The translations under genes were made by a program, and so were the position numbers. From NCBI GenBank assembly GCA_964002605.1, contig CAXFGY010000001.1, positions 1 to 43,101 of the forward strand: a DNA stretch of 43,101 nt, read 5' to 3'. Every line of letters starts with the position of its first letter. Position 1 is the stretch's first letter. Below the pieces are notes generated by a model. That model was not told where the DNA came from, did no database searches, and saw only the letters and a program-made list of their open reading frames with translations. This document shows positions 1 through 8,998 of the stretch, in pieces. Source of the stretch: an uncultured Candidatus Marinamargulisbacteria bacterium. Lineage in GTDB: Bacteria > Margulisbacteria > Marinamargulisbacteria > GCA-2716485 > CAXFGY01.

Positions 1-212
1 TTAACCCCTACAAAGTCAACCCAGAACCCAAACAAAGCAATCCAGTGGTTAGGTAGAGTACTTCCAATTTTTATTATACATGGGTACATGTATTAGAAAA
101 ATCATATATATCTCCAGCCTGGCCAATTCCTCTTTTTTGTTTCTTTTTTCTTTTGGCCTTGGAGGGAAATATTTTGCTTAGACCGTTCAGCGTTTGCGGT
201 ACTATCCTATTA

Positions 213-354
213 GGCGATGTCGCGAAATGCCTAATCTTTACAATTTTCACCTTCGTTATGGTGCGCTGCAGCACTTCCTCAGGCGATAAATTGCAAATCT
301 TATGACTTTGGCGACATCGCATTCAATCAGTTTTTTCTGTTTTGCGGCAGTCCC
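213..354 (+). repeat. Copy A of the ~141-nt TIR repeat family (no clear target-site duplication)
   Basis: Aligns along its full length with copies at 31281, 31458, 31944 and, in reverse, 39743 and 5126. Shared blocks are GTCGCGAAATGCCTAATCTTTACAATTTTCACC, CAGGCGATAAATTGCAAATCTTATG and TTTGGCGACATCGC, with a ...TTTTGCGGCAGTCC 3' end. The predicted ORF 74..322(-) only reflects this nucleotide repeat. Confidence 0.8.
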
Positions 355-515
355 ATCGTAGACAGACTAAGGTTCAATTTCAGTTCTTTATGAATACAAC
401 TGTTCACAATGCGAAACGCCTTGTCAGGATAAATGCCCCACCCCTTTTTCAAAGCGCATAGCACGCCTCAGGGTGATTTGCGCCTAAATTTGGCAAATCA
501 CCCAAAAATAATCAA

Positions 516-543
516 AATAACTGTCTTTGTTAACAGAGTTATT
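516..543 (-). terminator. Possible intrinsic terminator for the 601..957 gene
   Basis: Read on the minus strand: AATAA-CT-CTGT / ACAG-TTATT hairpin with an 8-nt loop, followed by TTGATTATTTTT, about 58 nt downstream of the stop. The stem is AT-rich and weak. Confidence 0.3.
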
Positions 544-600
544 ATACCGATTAAGCATTTTGCTACAAAGCAAAATTGAAAAAAACACTCCTTTAATCGT

Positions 601-957
601 TTAATTCTCTGGTAATAAAGAAGAATGATGCTCAATAATTAATGAGTCTTGATACACATAAGTAAACCGAGCTGTGGCTTCTGATTGATCATTGAAGGCA
701 AACGTATATATCCCAGAATGAATAACAATATCTCCATATTGCCTACTATATGACACATCAATGGTACCCACTGGGCCTTTCTGGCAAAATGATTGAAAAT
801 AAGCTAATTTTTTTTCAAACGTATCACAAACTTGATTAGATAAAGTGGGTAGTAATATCGATTTCGAAGCATAGCAAGTCAACACTTGATGAGGATCTTG
901 TGTTTTTAATGCCGTATTCCATTGATCAAAAAGTTTTAAAACAATATCATCTTTCAT
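601..957 (-). CDS. Small NTF2-like / SnoaL-DUF4440-type protein (118 aa)
   Basis: Size and pattern (LFDQWNTALKTQDPHQVLTCYASKSILLPTLS...) match the NTF2-fold DUF4440/CaMKII-association-domain-like family. No search was run. Confidence 0.5.
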   Translation of the reverse strand: MKDDIVLKLFDQWNTALKTQDPHQVLTCYASKSILLPTLSNQVCDTFEKKLAYFQSFCQKGPVGTIDVSYSRQYGDIVIHSGIYTFAFNDQSEATARFTYVYQDSLIIEHHSSLLPEN

Positions 958-1054
958 TTTTAACCAATCAAAATATTATCATTATTATTTTTTTTATACC
1001 ATATAAAAACGAAAAAAATACATAAAAAATATACAAAATACAAGAAAGTATGCA

Positions 1055-2086
1055 TTAAACATAATCTTGAATTAATTTCCCTAAAGCGAACAGTGGGTCA
1101 TATTGTAATTTTTGCGCTTTAAATGGTTGTTGTAATACCATGTTAATCTGCAATAAAATATTAGATTTTTGTAATTTTTGTTCTTCAACTATAAGGCCAT
1201 TCCCTGTCTGAATAAATGCTTCTGCATTATAATACTGATGATTATCTTTAGCATAAGGATAAGGCACTAAAATTGCTTTTTTTTGAAACGCCATTAACTC
1301 TGCAATCGTTGTCGCTCCGGCTCGCGAAATTACAATAGCAGATCTATTATATAATGTTTTCATATCCTCACAGTAAGGCAATATAATACCAACCGCCCCT
1401 GTGCGCGAATCTTTAAAAGTGGGTTGCTGTCCATTAAAATGGGCTTCAAAAAAAGACTTTCCTGTTAAATGGATTATATTATACGACGCACTCAACACCA
1501 TGCCCCTATGGTTATCAAAAAAAAGATTCAGTCCTCGCGCACCCTGACTACCCCCAATAATCAAAATAGTGGGATAATCAGATAAGGTGGCTAACAACGA
1601 ATCTAATAATGGCTCCTGACGATACTTTTGACGAATAGGATTCCCAGTCAGGATAGCGCTTGGCAAGTATTTTTTAGAATCTGGAAACGAAACACAAATA
1701 TGCGTCGCCAGTTTGGCTAAATATTGATTCGTTCGACCAGGCAATGCATTTTGTTCTAATAAAATAATTGGAATCTTTAATAGCTTCGCTGCAATAATAA
1801 TAGGAGCCGTATGGTACCCCCCTGTAGCAATAAGTAGCTTAGGGTTTGCCTGCTTTAAAAAAAGCCAAGCACGTATCGCTCCTCGAAGTAATATAATGAT
1901 ATTTTTATTTGAAGATGGAATGTCAAAGCTTGAATACCCATAAGCCTGAACAATTTCTTTATCGTTACGATCTGTTGAAACAAAAAATGTAATCCCGACT
2001 GAATGTAATGTTTGTGCAATCGCAATCGCCGGATATACATGCCCCCCCGTTCCACCACAAGCAAAAATAATATCACTCATTATCAT
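1055..2086 (-). CDS. murG: UDP-N-acetylglucosamine--N-acetylmuramyl-(pentapeptide) pyrophosphoryl-undecaprenol GlcNAc transferase
   Basis: N-terminal G-loop ACGGTGGHVYPAIAIA and a position directly after ftsW. The start may be Met3 at 2080, which would overlap the ftsW stop. Confidence 0.9.
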   Translation of the reverse strand: MIMSDIIFACGGTGGHVYPAIAIAQTLHSVGITFFVSTDRNDKEIVQAYGYSSFDIPSSNKNIIILLRGAIRAWLFLKQANPKLLIATGGYHTAPIIIAAKLLKIPIILLEQNALPGRTNQYLAKLATHICVSFPDSKKYLPSAILTGNPIRQKYRQEPLLDSLLATLSDYPTILIIGGSQGARGLNLFFDNHRGMVLSASYNIIHLTGKSFFEAHFNGQQPTFKDSRTGAVGIILPYCEDMKTLYNRSAIVISRAGATTIAELMAFQKKAILVPYPYAKDNHQYYNAEAFIQTGNGLIVEEQKLQKSNILLQINMVLQQPFKAQKLQYDPLFALGKLIQDYV

Positions 2087-3188
2087 TCAAAGCATAACGC
2101 GAAATATTAAGTAAAACACCAATACAAAACATTGACATCACCAACGAAGTACCTCCAAAACTTATAAACGTTAACGGAATACCCGTTACAGGTAACATCC
2201 CAATTGTGACACCTATATTTAATAACGCCTGCAGCACCAATATTAACATCAGCCCAACCGCTAAATAAAACCCAAATAATGTTGACGCAGAACGTGCAAT
2301 TTTTAAACCTCGAACCATAATCATCCCAAATAAAATTAAGATCACTGTGGCCAAAATAAGTCCGCCTTCTTCACATATAATAGAAAAAATAAAATCAGAA
2401 TACTGCAGCGGTAAATAAGAATATTTAAGCTTTCCCTCACCAAGCCCTTGCCCCCAAATCCCCCCCGAACCAATCGCAATTAATGACTGTATCATGTGAT
2501 AGTTTCGACCTGTCGGATCTTGATCAGGGTTTAAAAAAGCTAAAATACGTTCTTGCTGATAAGGGCGACTCATAACACTAACAAAAATAATACTTATACT
2601 ACTACTGCCAACAACTAATAAATGCTTAAACGGCACGGGACTGACTAAAAGAAGTGCCGCAATGACCATCAAAACTAATCCTAAATTACCTAAATCAGGC
2701 TGTAAAAACAAAATCAATAACGGCAATAACACTAAACAAATAACCGCAAATATTCCCTGTCTCAACCCATTTAAATGCTGTCCTTTATTAGCTAAAAACC
2801 CCGCCATACTAACCACTATAAAAAACTTCATTATTTCTACAGGTTGAATACTAACCCACCCTAAGTTTAACCAGCGAGAGGCCCCGCCCACCCACTTACC
2901 CACCCCGGGAATTAATGTCAACACTAACAAAAATAATGCAATAAGATAGCCCTGAAGTGAATATTTTTTATAATAATGATATGGCACAGTCATACCCATA
3001 AAGCATACGATACTACCAATAGCAACAAATACTAATTGTTTTCTAATAAAAAAATAACTGTCATTATACATTGTACTGCCCACAATTGAGCTTGTTGAAA
3101 TAAGCATCACAATCCCAATAACCAGCAACCCAATCATGGGTAGTAATAATAAATAGTCAGGTCGTTTCACAAAACTGCGTTTCAACAT
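2073..3188 (-). CDS. ftsW: SEDS-family peptidoglycan glycosyltransferase FtsW
   Basis: Polytopic membrane protein with RPDYLLLL near the N-terminus and the GLGEGKLKYSYLPLQYSDFIFS motif. I prefer the Met at 3188 (MLKRSF...) over the track start at 3236, because it reduces the overlap with murD from 80 to 32 nt. Confidence 0.88.
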   Translation of the reverse strand: MLKRSFVKRPDYLLLLPMIGLLVIGIVMLISTSSIVGSTMYNDSYFFIRKQLVFVAIGSIVCFMGMTVPYHYYKKYSLQGYLIALFLLVLTLIPGVGKWVGGASRWLNLGWVSIQPVEIMKFFIVVSMAGFLANKGQHLNGLRQGIFAVICLVLLPLLILFLQPDLGNLGLVLMVIAALLLVSPVPFKHLLVVGSSSISIIFVSVMSRPYQQERILAFLNPDQDPTGRNYHMIQSLIAIGSGGIWGQGLGEGKLKYSYLPLQYSDFIFSIICEEGGLILATVILILFGMIMVRGLKIARSASTLFGFYLAVGLMLILVLQALLNIGVTIGMLPVTGIPLTFISFGGTSLVMSMFCIGVLLNISRYALNDNE

Positions 3189-4344
3189 AATACTTAAATT
3201 GATTCCCACGATCCTCAAATCCATTAAACTGATCATAACTTGAACTAGATGGTGAAAATAAAATCACATCATTATCTTCAGAAGCATTATATGCACACTT
3301 TATAGCGTCAGCTAATGTTTCTTTTTTCATCATCGGAATATGCACAATATCTGCTAACGGCATCAATACTTCTGATAAATTACCAAAAACCGTAATAGAC
3401 CTTACCTTAGAATTTAATTGCTTCAAAAACTGACGCCCATTATATTGTTTATCTTCTCCACATAAAATCAAATGTACCGGAGAATCAAATGCATCTACAG
3501 CCATTAAAGTTGCGTTAGGGTTAGTTGCTTTAGAATCATTAATAAATTGTCTATTTGAAAAATTTGATACACTTTCCAATCGATGAGGCAAAAAATTAAA
3601 CGCCGCTAACTTTTTAAGCATTATCTCTTCATTTTGACTAAAAAAACGAGCGACCATCGCACCCGCAACCGCATTAATTAAATAATTTCCTTTTTGCCAT
3701 TGTAATACAACATCATTAGGTAATGGTTGAGATGATTCAAACGAAATACAAGTAGCTTTTGTAGACGTAATCATTTGTTTTAAATACTCATCATTTGCAT
3801 TATAAAAAACAGTGGAATCGACTGTCATCGCTGCAATCAAACGCTGTTTTTGTGCACAGTAATTTTCCATTGTCCCATGGCGAACTAAATGATCCTCCAC
3901 AATATTTAACAATACCGCCACGTTAGGACGAAAATAAAAAGTCGTTTCAAGCTGATAGCTACTCACCTCCACACAAATAACATCCTCCGATAAAGTAGGC
4001 GAAATTAATGAAATTAATGGAATTCCAATATTTCCCACTGCAGGACAATCTAATAAATTAGCAATTAAGGAGGTCACCGTACTTTTGCCATTAGTCCCTG
4101 TTACCGCAATAATTTGTACATCTGGCGTATAGTGCTTCATTAATAAATACGCATAATCTAACTCTGAAATAATAGGGGCCTTAATTTTAGGAAATAAATT
4201 AGGCGCAATCCCTGGGCTTGCAATTACAATGTCGGCCTCTACGACTGGAACAACTCTAATGTCAAGTTCCTTAGCCTTTTGAATAACCGCTTTTCCAGTC
4301 ACGCCCTCCCCTAAAACACCAATTTTTTGAAACGGATTTAACAC
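3157..4344 (-). CDS. murD: UDP-N-acetylmuramoylalanine--D-glutamate ligase
   Basis: Mur-ligase P-loop VTGTNGKSTV, an N-terminal Rossmann-like GEGVTGKA segment, and synteny with ftsW and murG. Confidence 0.88.
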   Translation of the reverse strand: MLNPFQKIGVLGEGVTGKAVIQKAKELDIRVVPVVEADIVIASPGIAPNLFPKIKAPIISELDYAYLLMKHYTPDVQIIAVTGTNGKSTVTSLIANLLDCPAVGNIGIPLISLISPTLSEDVICVEVSSYQLETTFYFRPNVAVLLNIVEDHLVRHGTMENYCAQKQRLIAAMTVDSTVFYNANDEYLKQMITSTKATCISFESSQPLPNDVVLQWQKGNYLINAVAGAMVARFFSQNEEIMLKKLAAFNFLPHRLESVSNFSNRQFINDSKATNPNATLMAVDAFDSPVHLILCGEDKQYNGRQFLKQLNSKVRSITVFGNLSEVLMPLADIVHIPMMKKETLADAIKCAYNASEDNDVILFSPSSSSYDQFNGFEDRGNQFKYYVETQFCETT

Positions 4345-4349
4345 AAAGT

Positions 4350-4853
4350 TTAAACTTCAGTAACCGCCTTAATAATAATATCTTCTATAGGAACATCTCC
4401 ATGATGTCCTGAATAATCTGTTGTTACACCTTTAATTTCATCAACGACATCCATCCCCTCTACAACTTGACCAAACACGGCATATCCATACTTCTGAGGA
4501 TCACTGCCTTGATAATCTAAAGGCGTATTATCCGCAACATTAATAAAAAATTGTGATGACGCACTATCAACTTCCATTGTTCTTGCCATAGCAATGGTTC
4601 CTCTTTGATTACTTAACCCATTATGTGCTTCATTTTTAATTGTATTTTCTGTTTCTTTTTCTATCATTCCTGACTCAAACCCCCCACCTTGAATCATAAA
4701 ACCATCAATCACACGATGAAAAATTGTATTTTCATAGAATCCAGAATGGACATATTTTAAAAAGTTAGTCACCGTAATAGGGGCTTTATCCTCATTAAGC
4801 TCAATTATAATCTCGCCTTTATTTGTCGTCATTTTCACTTTTTTTATACTCAT
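4350..4853 (-). CDS. ppiB: Cyclophilin-type peptidyl-prolyl cis-trans isomerase
   Basis: Cyclophilin signature [15 protein letters not shown] plus SQFFIN...[17 protein letters not shown]. 167 aa with no signal peptide. Confidence 0.92.
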   Translation of the reverse strand: MSIKKVKMTTNKGEIIIELNEDKAPITVTNFLKYVHSGFYENTIFHRVIDGFMIQGGGFESGMIEKETENTIKNEAHNGLSNQRGTIAMARTMEVDSASSQFFINVADNTPLDYQGSDPQKYGYAVFGQVVEGMDVVDEIKGVTTDYSGHHGDVPIEDIIIKAVTEV

Positions 4854-4975
4854 CGCATTCTCCTTATAATTATATTACTATCATTTGTAACTACTAAGTA
4901 TAACCGTTCTTTTACGTGACGTTAACTACTAACCAACCATGTAAAAAACACAGCATTTTTATTTTTATAATATTA

Positions 4976-5062
4976 TGGTGGAGGGAGCTGGATTTGAACC
5001 AACGTAGAGCAAAGCTCGGCAGATTTACAGTCTGCTGCGATTGACCACTCCGCCATCCCTCC
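4976..5062 (-). tRNA. tRNA-Tyr (anticodon GTA), long variable arm, CCA encoded
   Basis: The reverse complement reads GGAGGGATGGCGGAGTGGTCAATCGCAGCAGACTGTAAATCTGCCGAGCTTTGCTCTACGTTGGTTCAAATCCAGCTCCCTCCACCA. Anticodon stem GCAGA/TCTGC with loop CTGTAAA, and T-loop TTCAAAT. Confidence 0.93.
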
Positions 5063-5125
5063 GTCAGAGTACCCTTATTGTGCCTCAACTTGATTGAAAA
5101 TACAACAATAATTCCCCTTAGAGAT

Positions 5126-5268
5126 AGAATTGTTGCAAAATAAAAAAATCTGATTTTATTACAATGTCAGTAAAGATCTAAGCTTTCCAATTGATCAACT
5201 AATCCAGTATAACAAAGCGATATAAGCAGGACGAAAATACTGCAAATTAGACATTTCTCGACAGCGCC
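5126..5268 (-). repeat. Copy E of the ~141-nt repeat family (degenerate, reverse orientation)
   Basis: Collinear with copy D. GAATTGTTGCAAAATA matches GGATTGTCGCAAAATA, AGCGATATAAGCAGG matches AGCGATATAACGAAGG, and AGACATTTCTCGACAGCGCC matches AGGCATTTCGCGACAGAGCC. Flanks are GAGAT and TAGAT (4/5 duplication). Confidence 0.7.
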
Positions 5269-5432
5269 TAGATAATCCCCAATATCTATTACCCTGATAT
5301 AATTTAAAAAAATAAACTACAATTAATTTTCAAAATTATCGATAATATAAAATAAGATAGCTTTGTTTATCATTGATAAAACTAAAAATTAAAGTTATTA
5401 AATTTTGAATCAAAAATTAAAAAGAGCTTATT

Positions 5433-5735
5433 ATGACAGACTATTCATTATCACCCTATTCAATCGAAGCTACTTATGCGTAGTCTACTTTTTCTGCAAT
5501 AATTAAAAATTTGGATTTAAAAAGCTTAATGAACACAACTAAAGCTTGCACAGAAATCAATAAGCTAATACCTAAACTTAGTAATATTAAAAATAAAATA
5601 TTCAAAATGGATTAGGGGAAAGGAGTCGTGAAGATGTTTTAATTATACTTAGCCAAGCTGATTTAAGTGATATCGCTCCCGGACTACCTCAAATTGCTTC
5701 TAATGAGTTAAAGGCCATGGAGATAACACCGTAAT
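5433..5735 (+). pseudogene. Possible decayed ORF fragments in the tRNA-Tyr/tRNA-Ala spacer
   Basis: One frame reads MTDYSLSPYSIEATYA*STFSAIIKNLDLKSLMNTTKACTEINKLIPKLSNIKNKIFKMD*, and a shifted frame reads LIILSQADLSDIAPGLPQIASNELKAMEITP*. Stops and a frameshift interrupt an otherwise protein-like stretch. Confidence 0.3.
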
Positions 5736-5859
5736 CGTTTTTTTACCTTAGGTTCTTCGTAGAATCATGAGTCAAATTATCTAGTTTCTGAAATTACCTC
5801 TATCATATTTTAGTGAGTTGCACTTGGAAATAGCTCTGTCGCCATAACCTTTAAATAGA

Positions 5860-5935
5860 TGGTGGAGCTAAGCGGGATCGAACCGCTGACCCCTTGGCTG
5901 CCAGCCAAGTGCTCTCCCAGCTGAGCTATAGCCCC
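5860..5935 (-). tRNA. tRNA-Ala (anticodon GGC), CCA encoded
   Basis: The reverse complement reads GGGGCTATAGCTCAGCTGGGAGAGCACTTGGCTGGCAGCCAAGGGGTCAGCGGTTCGATCCCGCTTAGCTCCACCA. It has the G3:U70 Ala identity pair and anticodon loop CTGGCAG. Confidence 0.95.
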
Positions 5936-6025
5936 ACAAACTTAAGAGTCACTAATCATATACTCTGTGTTATACTTCGATCAAGCTGGAAGTCTTTGCA
6001 GTGACCCTTTTTTCATCATTTTTAT

Positions 6026-7132
6026 TTAAAATCGTACCATTTCACGTTTAGCCACCTCTCTGCCTAATGATGTTAAAAATAACCGACCATTTTGATGACG
6101 TAACCAATCTTTACTAACGCCAAGACGCACAACGTGCTGAGCCAGCTTATTACTCCAACGCATATGATTAATAATATTTGCAACTGTATTTTCAATTAAC
6201 TCAGACGCTTTCCCTTCATGAGCCAGTAACTGAACCAATAATAATCGTAATGAAAATGAAATGCGTTGTTTTTTAACAACTAATAAGCGTGTCAAAAGCC
6301 CCCTTCGTGGCGCAAAAATTAAACCAAGCATAAAAAAAATACCTGTTACTGTTGCGATAGAACCCGCAATAGATATATCCATATATAATGATACAAAAAC
6401 CCCCACCATAGCTGCCATTACACCAATAAAACAACTCATCATTACCATACCTGATAATGAATTTGTAATTAAATAAGCAGTTGCAGGAGGTGTAATCATT
6501 AAAGCAACCACTAAAATAGACCCCACTGAATCAAAAGCACCCACTGCAGTAATACTTGTTAGTGACATTAAACCATAATGCATTATCGTTGGTGAAATCC
6601 CTAAGCTAGTTGCTAACCCTGCATCAAAAGTTGATACTTTGAGTTCTTTATAAAAAAGTCCAATCATCAAACTATTAAATCCCAATATCCCTCCCATTAA
6701 CCATAACGCTTTTGGCCCAAAATCACTTCCATTTAATATAACCCGATCAAAAGGTGCAAATGCAATCTCACCAAATAAAACAGCATCCGAGTTTAAATGA
6801 ATATGACTCGCATATTTAGAAATAAGAATGACTGCAATAGCAAAAAAAAGAGGAAAAACTAACCCAATTGCAGCATCTTTTTTAACCCGCTTAGAATTAA
6901 TTAACCACTCCGTCAAAGAAACAGTTAATACGCCCATTAATGAAGCCCCAAGAATAAATAATGGGGACTCTAGTTGATGAACAAGAAAAAAAACCCCTAC
7001 AATTCCCAACAAAGTTGAATGAGCAATCGCATCACTCATTAATGCAACGCCTCTTAACACTAAAAAAACGCCCGGTAATACACATGCTAATGTGGTCACA
7101 ATAGCAATTCCAATAATTTCAATCTCAATCAT
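6026..7132 (-). CDS. Metal (Mn/Zn/Fe) ABC transporter permease, ABC-3 family, with ~93-aa C-terminal winged-helix-like tail
   Basis: Polytopic ABC-3-type core (LVLRGVALMSDAIAHSTLLG...) in an operon with an ATPase and a TroA-like SBP. The tail ...LRLLLVQLLAHEG...WSNKLAQHVVRLGVSKDWLRHQNGRLFLTSLGREVAKRE lies beyond the last TM segment. Confidence 0.85.
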   Translation of the reverse strand: MIEIEIIGIAIVTTLACVLPGVFLVLRGVALMSDAIAHSTLLGIVGVFFLVHQLESPLFILGASLMGVLTVSLTEWLINSKRVKKDAAIGLVFPLFFAIAVILISKYASHIHLNSDAVLFGEIAFAPFDRVILNGSDFGPKALWLMGGILGFNSLMIGLFYKELKVSTFDAGLATSLGISPTIMHYGLMSLTSITAVGAFDSVGSILVVALMITPPATAYLITNSLSGMVMMSCFIGVMAAMVGVFVSLYMDISIAGSIATVTGIFFMLGLIFAPRRGLLTRLLVVKKQRISFSLRLLLVQLLAHEGKASELIENTVANIINHMRWSNKLAQHVVRLGVSKDWLRHQNGRLFLTSLGREVAKREMVRF

Positions 7133-8249
7133 AATCAGGTCTTTCTTTTACTAATTCTTCCCCTCGCCAAGCAACAGCCACACGCTGAGCCTCTGTAACC
7201 CCTTGTTGTGTTAAGCCCCAATGTCCTTGCTTATTTTTATATACCAGCCCTTTTTGGACTAATTGTTGCAATGACGCGAGTGCCCAGTGAAAGCCCAATG
7301 CTTCTAATGTAGTAATTGAATGCGCATATGTTAAATCATCATGATTTTGGGCTAAAAGCCATAACTGATATAAACTTTTCTTCTGATAAATTAATTTTCG
7401 ATTACGATACTGCCGAACTTTTTCCCATACAATACCTCGTAATGGCGATAAAAATAATGAAATAATTACAATGATACTCATAACAACAACGATAACCGGT
7501 CCTGTCGGAATCTGATAAAAAAAACTGCTCAACAAGGCGCCCATAACACCTGAAATACTCCCAAAAAATCCAGCAAGTATTACCATAACACTTAAGCGAT
7601 CTGTCCATTGTCTTGCGGCAACAGCAGGCGCAATCACCAAAGCGCTCATTAACACGACACCAACTGTTTGTAAGCCAATAACAATCGCAACAACAATTAA
7701 CATCGTTAATACAGTTTCAAGCGTTTTAACACGATACCCCAATGAAGACGCATACGCTGTATCAAAAGAAATTAACTTAAATTCTTTCCAAAATAATATC
7801 ATCATGATCACCACAATACTGCCCAAAACTCCCATCACCCATAAATCCGCTTTTAATAATGTAGAGGCACTCCCAAATAAATATTGATTTAAACCACTTT
7901 TCTGTGAAGTCGCTAACCGTTGAATATACGTTAATAATACTAATCCAAAGCCAAAAAAAACAGACAATATAATACCCAGTATCGCATCTTTTTTAAGTGT
8001 CGTTTGCTGAGTCACAATCGATAAAATAATTGCCCCTAACCAGCCCACAATAATCGCACCCAAAACCAACATCGTTGAGTGCTTTGCCCCTGTAATTAAA
8101 AAAGCAATACAAATGCCCGGTAATGCGGCATGGGCAATTGCGTCACCTAATAAGCTTTGCTTTCTTAATACTGCAAAACAACCTAATGCCCCTGCGACAC
8201 TGCCTAATAATATTGTTCCTAAAATAACAATTGTTAACGTATAACTCAT
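7125..8249 (-). CDS. Metal ABC transporter permease, ABC-3 family, with ~106-aa C-terminal winged-helix-like tail
   Basis: Core motif LRKQSLLGDAIAHAALPGI. It overlaps the next permease by 8 nt. The tail is ...LYQLWLLAQNHDDL...LQQLVQKGLVYKNKQGHWGLTQQGVTEAQRV. Confidence 0.85.
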   Translation of the reverse strand: MSYTLTIVILGTILLGSVAGALGCFAVLRKQSLLGDAIAHAALPGICIAFLITGAKHSTMLVLGAIIVGWLGAIILSIVTQQTTLKKDAILGIILSVFFGFGLVLLTYIQRLATSQKSGLNQYLFGSASTLLKADLWVMGVLGSIVVIMMILFWKEFKLISFDTAYASSLGYRVKTLETVLTMLIVVAIVIGLQTVGVVLMSALVIAPAVAARQWTDRLSVMVILAGFFGSISGVMGALLSSFFYQIPTGPVIVVVMSIIVIISLFLSPLRGIVWEKVRQYRNRKLIYQKKSLYQLWLLAQNHDDLTYAHSITTLEALGFHWALASLQQLVQKGLVYKNKQGHWGLTQQGVTEAQRVAVAWRGEELVKERPDYD

Positions 8250-8251
8250 CT

Positions 8252-8986
8252 CTAAGAAATATACGCTGTTCGTCCACCATAAGCGAGCTTTAAATTATCC
8301 GTCGTTATTACTTCTTTGATCGGACCCATCGCAATTTTACGCACATTTAATAATAACCCCCAATCAAAATAGTCTGCTAATGTTTGTAAATCATGATGCA
8401 CCACCACAACCGTCTTACCCTGATCTCGTAATGACTTTAAAACAGTCACAATAGCTGTTTCTGTGACTGCATCTACCCCTACAAAAGGTTCATCCATAAA
8501 GTAAATATCAGCGGCTTGAACAAGGGCACGCGCTAAAAAAACACGCTGTTGTTGCCCCCCGGATAATTGATTAATTTGACGGCACGATAAATCAGCCATA
8601 CCGACTTGTTTTAACGCATCTATAGCTAATCGCTCATCTGTTTTGCCAGGTCGATTGAACCACCCTAACTGTCCATATCGCCCCATTAAAACCACATCTA
8701 AAACGGATGTCGGAAAGTCCCAGTCTACCGACCCCCGTTGAGGCACATACCCCACTAATTTTCGTTGCTCAGGATACGATTTTCCTTTAATCAATATATC
8801 ACCTGCTGCCGGCTTCAGCATCCCTAATATTGCTTTTAATAAGGTTGTTTTGCCAGCCCCATTCGGCCCTACAATAGCTAATAATATCCCTTCAGGTACT
8901 TCAATATCAATATCCCATAAAACAGGTATTTCCCGATAAGCTACTGTTAAATCCCGAACTTCTATCGCAGGGAATTGTGTAGTCAT
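8252..8986 (-). CDS. Metal ABC transporter ATP-binding protein
   Basis: Walker [16 protein letters not shown] signature LSGGQQQRV, Walker [13 protein letters not shown]. Uses a TAG stop. Confidence 0.92.
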   Translation of the reverse strand: MTTQFPAIEVRDLTVAYREIPVLWDIDIEVPEGILLAIVGPNGAGKTTLLKAILGMLKPAAGDILIKGKSYPEQRKLVGYVPQRGSVDWDFPTSVLDVVLMGRYGQLGWFNRPGKTDERLAIDALKQVGMADLSCRQINQLSGGQQQRVFLARALVQAADIYFMDEPFVGVDAVTETAIVTVLKSLRDQGKTVVVVHHDLQTLADYFDWGLLLNVRKIAMGPIKEVITTDNLKLAYGGRTAYIS

Positions 8987-8998
8987 AATAATATCCTA

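Noticed and set aside
1-89. A possible 5' end of a minus-strand gene running off the left edge (MYPCIIKIGSTLPNHWIALFGFWVDFVGV...).
   Set aside because: Only 29 codons are visible and there is no RBS or recognisable motif. This cannot be supported from this window.
74-322. ORFs 74..322(-) and 31184..31390(-) share an N-terminus (MRCRQ.HK.CNLSPEEV...KVKIVKI.HFAT) and look like a conserved small-protein family.
   Set aside because: The similarity is exactly coextensive with the nucleotide repeat and ends at its borders. In copy C the same frame has no start codon. In copy D the ATG is replaced by TGA. In copies B' and E the frame is broken. The conservation is therefore at the DNA/RNA level, not the protein level.
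5433-5642. In-frame TAG codons inside a protein-like frame might indicate stop-codon reassignment.
   Set aside because: TAG clearly terminates the well-conserved ABC ATPase gene (stop at 8252..8254). The fragment also contains a TAA and a frameshift, so decay is the simpler explanation.
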